Below, piece after piece: positions 22,234-34,394 of a stretch of DNA of 64,000 nucleotides. Under the pieces are notes generated by a model. The model searched no databases and was not told the DNA's origin. It saw only the letters and a program-made list of their open reading frames with translations. The position numbers and the translations under genes were made by a program. The stretch is from Sporopachydermia quercuum (lineage: Eukaryota). Each line of letters begins with the position of its first letter. Position 1 is the first letter of the stretch. The stretch spans positions 934,138 through 998,137 of the forward strand of contig BCGN01000004.1 of NCBI GenBank assembly GCA_001599295.1, in the 5' to 3' direction.

Positions 22234-22989
22234 TTATAGCTTTGCAACTTCTGCAGACCAAGAAATACCGCACCATTCACAAATTTCCATTGAAAGGGCA
22301 CGAACTTGTTCGATTTCTTCTTTGGTTGCACCATTGTTCAGTGCTCCTTTTAAATGGCCTTTCAATTGAGGATTTACATCTTGTGGGATCAAACAAGCAA
22401 TCACAACTAAACTGGTTTCCTTTGGATTTAAGATATCGCTATAGCTTAATAACCCACCATAAACATAACTGACAGCAAAATTCTCCAAATCGGGATATGC
22501 ACTTTTCATTTGATATTTCACTCGATTGGCTATTTTGCCATATACCTGATCAAAAAAATTACCTCCCGTTTCTGCAATATCTGGCGATAATCTTTCAGGT
22601 CTTTTGTAATGAGTTTCTCGTAATTGTTCCGCAGTAAAATTCTTTAATTGAGTTAAAGAATTAATTGCTTTGGGAACGCCAGCTAATGCGGCAGATTTGA
22701 ATAAGGCTTCTCTCAGTTTGCTTACAATCTCCAATTGCTGTGCTTTGACTGTTTCTGATGAACTAACTGGAATTATTGGAAGATTACCATTTGCATCAGC
22801 TAAGAAAGAAGACTGTGACTTTCCAAGCTCCGGAATCCTTGATAAAGCATAATTAAAGATCANAGGGATCTCAGAGGGTTTATTACATACACTGAGTGTG
22901 GCTGCTGCCACAAAGTACCATGATTTGTCTAGCAAATTGTACGATGATAGCCTTCCTAATCTGGCAGGCGTTAGTATGGAACCAGGCAT
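22234..22989 (-). CDS. PXP2: Peroxisomal AhpD/carboxymuconolactone-decarboxylase-like protein
   Basis: GVPKAINSL, ETSLVVIACLIPQDVNPQLKGHLKGALNNGAT, and a C-terminal PTS1 (AKL). Confidence 0.8.
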   Translation of the reverse strand: MPGSILTPARLGRLSSYNLLDKSWYFVAAATLSVCNKPSEIPXIFNYALSRIPELGKSQSSFLADANGNLPIIPVSSSETVKAQQLEIVSKLREALFKSAALAGVPKAINSLTQLKNFTAEQLRETHYKRPERLSPDIAETGGNFFDQVYGKIANRVKYQMKSAYPDLENFAVSYVYGGLLSYSDILNPKETSLVVIACLIPQDVNPQLKGHLKGALNNGATKEEIEQVRALSMEICEWCGISWSAEVAKL

Positions 22990-23973
22990 TACAATGAAAC
23001 TTCAATAATATTTTCTTGTGAACAAATAGTTGACTAATGGTTTGATCGATCTGTTCTTAGAAGGACATTTATTCCTTAACTCATACACTTGTTGGAAACT
23101 TTAGTGGGCTTGATGCAAGATTATCAAATACTCAAAAACTATGTTCGACTTCTACAAAATAACAATTCTTATTTAGTAAATTTTTACTCATATGTATGTT
23201 AACGGTAGCAGAAGAACATGAAACCAATGATCACTCATTATTGTAAGATCTCATTGAACTTATCATACGCGATCCGATCGGCTTAACGCGGGGAAAGATA
23301 GATAGAGGATAATAATTCCGGAAACGATGACATAACCTCCATTTTTTCTTCTTGTCCGAGGTACTAAGTGCTATGGGGAATATTACCTTTGGTGTAAGGG
23401 ACAGAAACTGAATAGTGGCATAAATACGCCACACTAATTTAACTGTTTCATAATATGCTCCTCCTTATGAAACATCTCGGTAGATTTTGAAACCACGATG
23501 ACTAGCATGATGATGTCTTCCAGCTGTATTATTCTATTCTCTATTCCCAAAACTGATTCCTTGTTAGTAAATTCCGGAGATGATTCGTATCACTATTGAA
23601 TGATATAAACACCATTATAATGATTACGCAAACTTTAATAAATGTTATATTGGATCACATAAGCTTTTATTAGATTATTGTCTGCCAACAACTTTAGATG
23701 GCAACCTGCAAACTAACCACTTTCCTATCATGTTTTTATATCACAAATTTTCTTTGATCTGTTGTTGGCTCCTCTCGACGTACGTAATGTTACCATGTAT
23801 CCGATTAATGCTACTCCTTGAACAGTTAGTTATACTGGCATTAACTTTTGTCAAATTAAATTAAATAACTACTAATCACCTGTTAGATCTTGTTAAGTTG
23901 TCCTCTTTTTCCAAGTTATTTATTTGTCTTGGGACAACAGTTGTGAACCAAATTACTGACAGAGATTCGCAAA

Positions 23974-25934
23974 ATGGTCACCTTAGACGATTTAGAAAGT
24001 CTAGTAGAAGCACCCTATAAACAGGAATCTCAGAATACGTCAATAGTCAAAGTGAAACCTGTCCAAGAAGTGGAAGATCACGGTTTGGATAATGGGGTGA
24101 GACCTGAATCAAACGAAGCATCTAGTGCCAAGACCAGTACTCAAATATTAGATGCTATCTTCAATAAAACGCCAGAAAAAAACGATAAAAGTAAGATATG
24201 GCAACTACGAAGAGAACGCGATCTGGAACGGGAACGAGAAAGAGAAAAGAAGATCAAACTGATGATGGCAGAAGAGGACTTAGAAAGAGAGAGAAAGAGG
24301 ACTTATGATAGACATGGGGACTATGATCGAAGTGGTCACGATAATCGCAGAGACAGAAGTTGGGATAAAGACAGAAATAGAGGTGAACGGAGGAGTAGAG
24401 AATGGAAATCCGAAAGGGTAAGAAGTAGAGAAAGAAGTTCAGACTCAAGGAATTATCCCAAAGAAGGTGGTACCAGAAGAAGAGATCGTAATGATAATAG
24501 ATATAATCATTCTAACTCCAAAGGTATTGATAGGAAGAAAGCACTCTCAGCCACAGATATTTTTGATTCTGATCAAGATAGACGAACTGTATTTGTAAGA
24601 CAATTAGCCACTAGGTTAAGAACTCGTGAATTGTTTGAATTTTTTGAGAATAAAGTTGGTAGAGTGAAAGATGCATCAATTGTGAAGGATAAGATTACTA
24701 ACCGTTCTAAAGGAGTAGGTTATGTTGAATTTTTTGAACCTGAATGTGTTCCAAAAGCTTTAACATTAGCTGGTGAAAAACTCCTTGGAATTCCTATTCT
24801 AGTTGAGTATACTGAAGCTGAGAAGAACCGACAAGCTGCTTTAGCAGCAGCAGCAAATGATAAATCGTCTAATAGTTTATCTAAAGCTCCTTCACGAAGT
24901 CGAATTTATGTTGGTAATGTGAATTTTGATATTTCTGAAGAACAACTGAAAAACCTATTTGAACCTTTTGGTCCGATCGTTAGTGTTGTTATTCAAAGAG
25001 ATAGTTTAGGGAAGTCTAAAGGCTTCGGGTTTATTCAATTTGAAGATGTCTCAGGCGCAAAATTGGCATTAACTAAAATGAATGGATTTCTTTTATTAGG
25101 TCGCAATTTGAAAGTAGGATTGGGTATGGAAAAATCATCTTTAATGAATAGTCAGGAGCTTTCGCCCGAAATTAGAGAAATGATTGAAGATCTTCAAAAC
25201 GGCTCGGAAGATACTAAGAGTGATAATCATACAAGATCTGAAGAAACTCATATGAAATCAAGTCTAATAGGTGAATCAGATTCTGGTATTTCTTACACAT
25301 CAGTTAGCCGTGAGCATTTGATGAGAAAACTAATGAGAGATGATGATGCAGAATTGCTAAATGCATTTAAACCTGTCAACAACGACAAAGAGCCTATAGA
25401 AAAACCCGCCACTGAAAACGAAACCAAGATCGTGTCCAGATGCTTGGTTTTAAGAAATATGTTCAATCCTGCTGAGTATGTTTTGATATATNGGATATGT
25501 TCAATTTTTATTGTTCATTCTAGACAGTATACATTGGTTTGTATATTACTGAATAGCTCTAGGGCTGGTGTAACATTTATACTAACGAACTTCATAGGGA
25601 AATTGAGGAGAATTGGGAATCTTTATTAGAACAAGACACTAAACTAGAGTGTGAAGATCGTTATGGTAAAGTAGTTCATATTTTCGTTGATCCTTCATCA
25701 AGTGAGGGAGAGATTTATCTAAAATTTGAATCATTAGAAGCAAGCGAAAGGGCGCTGAAGGGACTAAATGGAAGGTTCTTTGGTGGTAGAAAAATCACAG
25801 TAACCCCAATGGTTGAACTAGTGTATTCTTTACGGTAAGTTGTGTGATTACTGATGATATTGTAAATTTAGAATGGTAAACGAATCAAGTACTAACTTTA
25901 AAGTTATAGGTTTCCTAAAGCGAAGGACTTGTAA
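23974..25934 (+). CDS. RBM39/CAPER/Rsd1-type splicing factor (RS/RD region, 2 RRMs, UHM), 3 coding exons
   Basis: Exons 23974-25475, 25598-25834, 25910-25934. Introns are GTATGT..TACTAAC..TAG and GTAAGT..TACTAAC..TAG. Splicing restores the UHM (MFNPAEEIEENW..ECEDRYGKVVHI..LNGRFFGGRKI..FPKAKDL*). RRM1 reads DRRTVFVRQL..SKGVGYVEF. Confidence 0.9.
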
Positions 25935-26522
25935 ATTAACTGACTTTTTGGGATTGGTGTTTTTTATGTTAGTAGTTATGATGCACACATGGACTTTGTT
26001 GTTTTAATTGCTTACTCCTTGATTTTCTTCCTCTTTAGCATTTCTCTGTGAATTGGTATACTTATTATGTGCTCAACACTTTGTTTGATAAAAACGTTCA
26101 TGACATTGCATTGCTACTTTGTCTCAGTTCTTTTCAGTTCTTTTCTCATATTCATTCACAGGATTTTCGAGTAAATATCTCGTAATATTATGTTACTACA
26201 CATAATAGTATGTGTGCAACTTACTCGAAAACCTCACTACTAAAAGGTAGCAATTACAGGATTTGATTGCTACTCGATATTCAGCTAGAAAGAATCATCA
26301 AATTATGTACATTTAAGCTAAGAAAACAGTCAATAGTTTTATAACAAATATAATCAGTAGAATTCAGCTCAAATGTTATTTCCATAATCATACGCCTATA
26401 TAAATAAATACTCTAGAACATCCAATTACTCAATGGGCAAACAAACTGTGTGGTAGTTTTATCTCTATGTTTTATATATATCGCGGTTCTCTTGAATACA
26501 ATCCCATCCATCAATTAATAGT

Positions 26523-28686
26523 TCAAATTCTATTACCCTTCAACCATTTTTTAGCTATCTCATCAGATCTTTTTTCCCCCGCCTGAGGACCAAATACAAC
26601 CATCGACCAGAAATGTATTGGAGATTGAAACTTAGGTGGTGGAGATGGATGTTTCCTGAATGGATTTTCATAATCTAAAGATGAACCACTTCTGGGAAAT
26701 TGCTGTATGCTATCTGAATTCACAAGTTCCCATGGTCTCATATCAGTATCAATAGGAGCCCACTCCACTTCTCTCCATTTAATAGATCCTGTCATTTCTT
26801 TTAGACGTGAGACAGCTCTCTTGAATGCAAATCTTTCATCCTCCCCAGTAAATGCAGATACTTTAGTATAATCTTGTTCTGGTTTGAAATTTGGTCTATC
26901 GGTATCAGGAATCATTTCTTTGATAGTTGCATCATCATACGTAGAAGCATTAGGTCTATAAGGAGTTGTTAAATCAATAGCAGTTCGAGCGTACATTTCT
27001 TGATCCATGACATCAGATAAACCGTCAGGAGCATCAGGGAAGAATAAGTTATCCGGTGATGTAACTGCTCGTATTAATAGCTGACATCTGCATTCATAAA
27101 GAGCATCAAGTAAAGTAATGAATCTTCTAGCTTCACATTTCATACCTGTGGTGAGTATAGGAACATTATCAAGAATAATGGTTGGGAAACTAGATGCAAT
27201 CGAAATATAATCTGCTGCAGCTAACGGTGTATCGCAAATTGATTCGAAATCAAAATAGGCTGCTGTTGAAGTAGCCCAAGGTATTCTAACCTCTCTGTTA
27301 TAAACATTTATAGTACCAGGTGCACCACCTTCTGATAAATCTTGAACTGAGAGTAAAATTGTTTTCTTCCATTGCTCATTACTCTCTTCAGATCTATCTT
27401 CTAACGGGGATTCTATATAATGAGGTGGTAAATCATCTAATGACTCTGCTGATAGAATACTTCTCCAGTCATTCTGAGAGTTGAAACTGTAAGTAACACA
27501 TCTAGATTGAAGAATACCATAAAATGACTCAAACTGTGCTTTGTTGAAATTAGTAGCATATAAATCTTTTGGTAATCGATTGGAAGTTGCTACCAAAACA
27601 CCACCTAATTTAAAGAAGTATATGAACAGTGTGTTCACGATTTTTGCTGCAGCCCTAATAGTTAATTAGTTAGCCAATGTTCGTATGGAAACAAAAAGGT
27701 ATCAATTTGTATAATAACTTACATATCAGGCAACATGAATTCATCAAGCAAAAGAATGGTATTTTCTTTAATCATTTTCTGAGCAACTTGAAGGAGAATA
27801 AACTCATGTTGTAACTTCCATTTCTTAACATTATCTGTCCATTTCAATTCTACGTTGTTTTTTGATATTATGAAGATTTGGTTATATACCCAAAGCATGA
27901 AGTTGTTATAATGCCATCTTTTCTTTGATGCATAAGGTAAAGAATCAGCAAACAAATCCATCAGCATTGACTTCCCGCAACCACTGTAAGTACTTGTTAG
28001 TGAATGTTACTGGAAATTATAATTATCATTATGATTATCCCTATCAATATCAAGGCAGAATTCTCAGGCTCTCCAAGAGCACTTTCTCCCTTGTTTGGAA
28101 TCAAACCGTACTTACACCTCTCCATGTAGTAAAAGACCCTGTGGCGATGGAAAATTGGCCAATTCTTCCTCATCAGTTAATATCTTTATAAGTTCTTTAC
28201 CTTCAGTAGTTAATTTATTTGACTTCCCAAACCAACTACTAAATGGTCCAGAAAGAACTGATGGTGGTAAATCTTGCTTAGCATAAATCTCTTCAACTTT
28301 ATTTGCTAACTCTTCAATCCTTTCTGCGTAATTGACAGGTGGCTCATAATCTTTGACACGATAGTATAACTTTCGAAACCTTTTGCAAAAAATGTTAGAT
28401 CCGCGAGACACATCACAATACATCAATAGCAATATAGTACACTTTTCCAGAACAGATACCGAATACTGCATCGCTATCCTTCTAGTAAATTGGTTTGACC
28501 ATAGAATAACCATCGAGGAACAATCGTCATAGAACAATCACTATTTGACACTTACTCTGTTGCTGCTCTATGTTGGGCCTCATCGGGTTTCAATCCTCCA
28601 AGCGCCACTTTGTTCTGATACAAAATTAATGGATCAGTAATAGACACCTGGGTTGATAACCTTCTTAGAAACCTGGTAAAAAGCAT
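26523..28686 (-). CDS. Mitochondrial AFG1/ZapE-family ATPase, 4 exons
   Basis: Exons 28686-28556, 28379-28116, 27983-27723, 27654-26523, all with GTAAGT donors. Splicing joins Walker A GEVGCGKS and Walker B LLLDEFMLPD. Also ATSNRLP and EARRFITLLDALYE; N-terminus MLFTRFLRRLST is presequence-like. Confidence 0.9.
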
Positions 28687-29280
28687 ATTTAGAATTCTCC
28701 TATCATTCAATTCTCACCATTTGTTCTATTTAGTTTTCATGGTTTCTCTGTTACAGATATAAAATGACTCCCAGTTAGATGCTTATAATTGTACCTCTAC
28801 CTTTGCAAGTGATCTAATGCAAACAGTAATGGTAATACTAACGAAAATAATAATCCTCTTTCAAAAAATCAATAACCAAGGTGATCAAAAATCCATGCAA
28901 ATATTCATTGATTATCTCTTATCATTAAGAGATTCCTTCATACGCTTGGAGAGTGATTATTATACGAAAGATTCTCCTCTCTTTGTGCATGCTGGCTCAC
29001 TACGTTTGTCTTTTCAACTCGCTTCCTTTTTATTTTTCTTTTTTGTTCACAGATTCCTATATAAGGCACTTTCTCATAGATTAAATAAAAGTTCTAACAA
29101 TTTCTATTGACAATAAGAGTAAACCATCGACTCTGCACACGTTCGGAAACAGAAAGGGGAAAATTAGGCAGATAAGGGGTAGATGAGCTGATCGCGAAAA
29201 CGAGATGTGAAGCTTCATTTCATTTGGAACGAGTTAATTCACCTAATTGGAAACAAGAAATATAGTTGGTAGAGGGAACG

Positions 29281-29320
29281 GGATTTGGTGGCATTTGATG
29301 GCATTTGATGGCATTTGATG
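29281..29320 (+). repeat. Tandem 10-mer GCATTTGATG x3 plus one degenerate copy
   Basis: Read directly from the sequence. Confidence 0.85.
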
Positions 29321-29901
29321 ATGGATTTTGGTTAAGTATTAGTATTGCTTGAGCTCTTCATATCAGGAGAAAAAGGAGTGTTGAGTAGGGACTAGAAATC
29401 AGAGATTAGAGATTAGGGATGCTATGCTGGGTAGAGCAGGATTTAGGGAAGTATTTCTGACAAATGATGGATAAAACGGAAGTGAGTATAATGAAGCAAA
29501 GATTGATGATGAAAATTGGAATGGCCCACCAAATGTAAATGGTGGATCAAACGGTGAACTAAGTGAACACTGATGAGAATGAACGTTCGTCCAATAATGG
29601 TTACCGAATCAATATTTCAGAATAATGGGATAAAATAAATAATGTATGAATGGATGGTATTTGATAGTAGCAATAGATTGCTGCGAATTGGCTAACTAGT
29701 TGACAAGAATTCATTGCAAAGTCCACAATAGTAAATAGGCTCAAACAATAGTTTTGATTCCGAATAAATTAACTAAATAGACCAATAAATAATGATAAAA
29801 TCATCTTAAACAGTATTATTTAAAACTTTCAGGTTAATACAAGATTTATACAAGATTGGATATAAATGAATAAAATATACAAAGCAAGGCCTCAGCGAGA
29901 T

Positions 29902-31893
29902 CTATTTTTTACCAGTCATAAGCTGAGCCAAAAGCTCTCTTGATCCATCGTCAGGATTGGGCACTGAAAACAGAGGATTAGGATTCATAACTGTTTTATT
30001 GCCATTCAAAAACTGACGTAACATATCATTTTGGGGTTGAATATGTTGTGCTGCATTGAACAATCCGGGAGGAGGAGGTGGTGGTGTGCCCGATGACTTG
30101 TTTTCTAGCTGTCTAACGGGACCTGTTGGATACTTGAGATTCTGGGGCTGAGGTTGCTGTAAGGGTTGGGGTTGGGGTTGCTGCAATGCATGAGCTTGTT
30201 GCTGCTGTTGCAATTGCTGAAGTTGCTGAGGTGGTAGTTGTTGCGGCACTGCTCGTAATGGCTGGCCTTGAGGTTGAAGCACGGTTTGATAATCATCTCC
30301 GATTTGTAAAGACATAACTGCTGGAGAGTTGACATTAGAGCTTGGTTTCGAAATCGCAGTAGCATACTTTTGAATGTTGGACTTGTGGAATAAACATTCC
30401 ATTAAATTCAATGTAGAATTGATAGAAGCACCTGAACTATTATCTTGATTGAATGATGAGTTATCTGAAAAGGCAAAAAGTGCAGGCATTGATTTGATAT
30501 CTTCTACTGTTGACCTAACAGCATCATCATTGACTACTTTGTTTCTTTCTTGCAGATAATCTTTAGCAAGATCAGAAAGCAAGGAAGTAGAAAACTTAAA
30601 TTTATAAGACGTGGCCGAAGGTTTTCCAAATAACAAGTCAATGGATTCTTCGAAAAAAGCAATAGATGGATGTGGTTGTTCAGGTGCTCGTTGTGGAAGA
30701 GGAATATTCAATGTTGATGCGTTACTCTTGATATTTGGAGAATTGATACTTGCTTGAGTAGAAGAAGCAGAAGTAGGTGTTGAAGGTCCAGGAGAATACG
30801 TTTTGAGTCCAATAGGTGTGATTTGAGGTGAATTCTTAGTAGAGCTAGTGTTTGCCCATGAAACAGAAGGTGGCAATGAAGGTTCACCAGGTTCTTGCTT
30901 TTCATGAGATGGATGAATAACACCAGTAAATTGAGGGTGGTGATCAGCTCCAGAATGTAAACTTGGAAAATTGGCACTAGAGTTAGGGTGAGTAATATTT
31001 GAATCGCGGTGATGATTGATATGATAATTAAGTTGCTGCTGGGATTGTTGATGTAGAGGTGTTGATGGCTGATGTAGAGGCCCGTGAGAAGAATGAGGAT
31101 GTCCTGCATTGCCAGCAGTTGTTGAAGTGGAAGGAGTACCATTCATCTTAGTACTTCGAGTAGACAAATCTTGACGGGTAAATGAATCAGCTTCTTCGCC
31201 TGGTTCGTGTAAGAACATACAGTTGGGATTAGGGCAAGGTTGACCTCTCAAATATGATGAGCAATACTTTGTAGTACCATAGGCTGCTCTTAAGTATTTT
31301 CCGTCGTGCAATGAGCCATCAACAGCTGCTATGCATTTAGCTGCATCTTCTTTACGAGAAAATGTGACATACACGCCTAAACCAGGTGTTCCGTTGGCGT
31401 TGATTTTTTTGTTGATGACTATTTTGTTAATTTTACCGTATTGACCAAAAAACTCATCAGTTCGTAAAGTGTCATGTAATTCATCAATAGGTATATTAGG
31501 ATTCAACCCAACGACGTAAACAAGATTTTTCTGGATAACTCTCATGCCAGCTAAATGCTTGCGGGCAGATTGTTCCAGTTCCTTCTTTTCACGCTCACGT
31601 TGCTTTCTTTCTCTTTCCTTTCGTAACTGTTTGGCTTGGTCTTGTTTGATCTCCTCTTCCGTAGGTATTCTATACTCTACTTTATCATCTTCATATGGCC
31701 GTCTGCATGCTGGACATCTACCATTCAGTTCTGGGTTCTCTCTAATGTTCTTATAACAGAACTGACATATTTGATAACCGCATGGACAGGGACGAAAGTT
31801 TTTGTCGTTTAAATCAAGTTCTTCCACGCACAAAGGACAAACATCATCCTCGTCGTCTGATATGAACGAATCATGATTCGGCTGGATTACCAT
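29902..31893 (-). CDS. NOT4: CCR4-NOT E3 ubiquitin ligase Not4/Mot2
   Basis: C4C4 RING CPLC..CPCGYQICQFC..CPAC, RRM RVIQKNLVYVVGL, and CCCH GTTKYCSSYL..C....C..LH. Confidence 0.95.
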   Translation of the reverse strand: MVIQPNHDSFISDDEDDVCPLCVEELDLNDKNFRPCPCGYQICQFCYKNIRENPELNGRCPACRRPYEDDKVEYRIPTEEEIKQDQAKQLRKERERKQREREKKELEQSARKHLAGMRVIQKNLVYVVGLNPNIPIDELHDTLRTDEFFGQYGKINKIVINKKINANGTPGLGVYVTFSRKEDAAKCIAAVDGSLHDGKYLRAAYGTTKYCSSYLRGQPCPNPNCMFLHEPGEEADSFTRQDLSTRSTKMNGTPSTSTTAGNAGHPHSSHGPLHQPSTPLHQQSQQQLNYHINHHRDSNITHPNSSANFPSLHSGADHHPQFTGVIHPSHEKQEPGEPSLPPSVSWANTSSTKNSPQITPIGLKTYSPGPSTPTSASSTQASINSPNIKSNASTLNIPLPQRAPEQPHPSIAFFEESIDLLFGKPSATSYKFKFSTSLLSDLAKDYLQERNKVVNDDAVRSTVEDIKSMPALFAFSDNSSFNQDNSSGASINSTLNLMECLFHKSNIQKYATAISKPSSNVNSPAVMSLQIGDDYQTVLQPQGQPLRAVPQQLPPQQLQQLQQQQQAHALQQPQPQPLQQPQPQNLKYPTGPVRQLENKSSGTPPPPPPGLFNAAQHIQPQNDMLRQFLNGNKTVMNPNPLFSVPNPDDGSRELLAQLMTGKK

Positions 31894-34394
31894 GGTGTAT
31901 GTTTTTTCTTTTTATCTCGGTTGAACAATCACCGTTGATCTAAATATCTAGAAACCTTGAAAGGATACAATATTCAGTAATTAAATATAAACTTCAGTTA
32001 ATCTTTTTGGATGCTATAATCATCTAACATATAATATTATGATGATAATGCGGGGTCAGTTGAACTAAAATCATCGCGATAGTACTTACATACATACATT
32101 CAACGTTTACTTTGAGTTGCAAAGGCTGTGATGTTAAAAACCGGAGATGAAAGTTTTATATAATATAAAGAGGAACTGGGTTATTCATTCCACAATTGGT
32201 AATAATTATCATTTCCGTATTACTCATTATTAGTAGTGAGTGATTATTTCCGGATTTGTTAAAAAAATGAATGTCTAAAATGACACCCAGACATCAGCTA
32301 TTGTTGGTCATGTGATCTACGATTGATTTGAAGGAAAACATATATAAATGAATGGGATCCTTCATTCTGTTGTTAAATCATTATAAACAAAGTGTAATGA
32401 CAAAATTAGGCAGATACTATTGAAATCATGTAATTAGTAAAAAGGACTGAATGTTGCTTGTCGGATTTACTTGCACATTGTGGTTGGGTAATAGACTTTT
32501 CGATTACATGATCTCTCAAAACGCGGAATCTATATAACAGGATCATTTCCGAAATATAGTTCTTGGAAGTCAAGTAATCAATTCCTTTAATCAAGAGTAA
32601 CAACATCAATCAATGCTCAAAGGTACAGGATAGTATAAATCAGAACTGTGCTACATGTTGTCTATAACCTGCGGAGAAACGGTTGGTATAGTCCCCAGGT
32701 ACAACTGTCAGTTCAATTTCAATTGGTGAATTGAGTAATATACATGTCTATTTTCATTTTATTACTTACGCCTACCGTAGTAGTCCATATATGTTACATA
32801 TCTATGAACAATCAACAATCTGTGACGGTGAAATAAGGTTTATATGTAGGTGATGTACTACGGTCCTCACCTCATCGCAAAATATTATAATGGGTATGAT
32901 GAACTTTCGGCCGTTCTCTGTTGTCACTCTCAAATTAACACGAGAGGAATTAAGGAAATTCGATATTGACGCTCAGCTACTCATTTATCAATAAATTATA
33001 TCGTGGGCTCAAAAGTTAGTAGAGAATAGAAGTGAAAACTAAAACTAGGATTGAAAAGAAAAAAGCCATATGGAGATTAGACACTTTGATAGCGCCACCA
33101 TATATATGCCTGCTTGCCACTTGAAATGAGAGGTTCTGACGTTTCATTAAGGGTGCTTTATAAGAATCGCCACAATTCCCATGCATCAAGATAAAAATGT
33201 CCAATATAATTCGGGGTTTTTCTTCTGCTTATTCATTAGGAACATGAGATAATTGATCTTTTTCTTAATCAAGTAAGTTTATTAGATCCATGGCTTGATG
33301 CATTAACTACGTGAACCCGCAGGTACTTTCTCAAACTCAATTTATACTGAAATCTACCAACATCTATTGCGCTTGATCATAACGCAAGTATCAAGTCTGA
33401 TATATTTTATAGTAGCTAATTAAACAGACTATTCTAAATTTCAGAAACTTCCTCATCTCAATTAACCTTTAGTGTTTTTGCCATCCTGGTCCTCCTTATG
33501 CTTGAATTCTCTTAACCTATATCTTAACGGGTCATACTTTCCTTGTAGCTTCATGCAAGTTTGTTCTTATTGCAGCAGCCTATAGCGAGAATCATTTTTG
33601 TATTTCTTCTCAAACTAGTGATTCTTGGGAGAACTCCAAGAACAATTTTCACTCGCATGAAAAAACCATTCTTCAAGTCAAATTTGTCAGCAACCTTCTT
33701 TTCAACAAGGACGTTTAATTCAATTTCTAGTGTCAAATAGTTTACAAGATATGGCGTCACCATCAATTCCTCTTCTCTTTTTTTTTTCTCTGTCATTCAC
33801 CTCATCAATCTCATGTGAAAACTCTCTCACAATCACATGTATACTTTCTTTACTTTCACATGTAGGACATCCTCCAAAACTCGGTACATGGACCTCTTAT
33901 AATGTTAGCAATGACTAAAAGGCCGAGCACCTTTAATTTTTATTCACAAGTATAAGTATTTTATACAAAGAAATAAATTTAAACGCATGCAAATAATGTT
34001 CTTGATGAGGTTGTAAGTAGAGGAATATCAATATTTAGCTAATGTTGCAATTGTATGACTTTAGCGAATAGTGATGCATTTCATTTAAAAGGACAATTGA
34101 TGCATCAAAAGACAATCAGCATCAGCATATCAGCATCATATTGCTTCGTATTGGTGTAGGTAATTACTACGGCTGCTGCAACATACAATCTTATGATCAG
34201 GAATAGGGATTAGCCGAAACAGGAGAGGAAGATTAAGAAACAATTCAAAGATCAGAAACGAATCGTCAGACATTTTTGCGATAATTGATGTTGAAAAGTG
34301 GATCAGTAATTATTTATCAAGTATTCCTAGTCATTTACCAAGGTTAGGAAGGCACGCACTTTTATCCAATCGAGTCATCAGCAAAATTATCAAA

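Noticed and set aside
23500..23560. ATGATGA...CTGA as a C/D snoRNA
   Set aside because: Too short, no terminal stem, and no rRNA guide that I could recognise.
32539..32560. AGGATCATTTC resembling U3 box A
   Set aside because: The match breaks after 11 nt, and no GAC/A' box or C'/B/C/D boxes occur in order.
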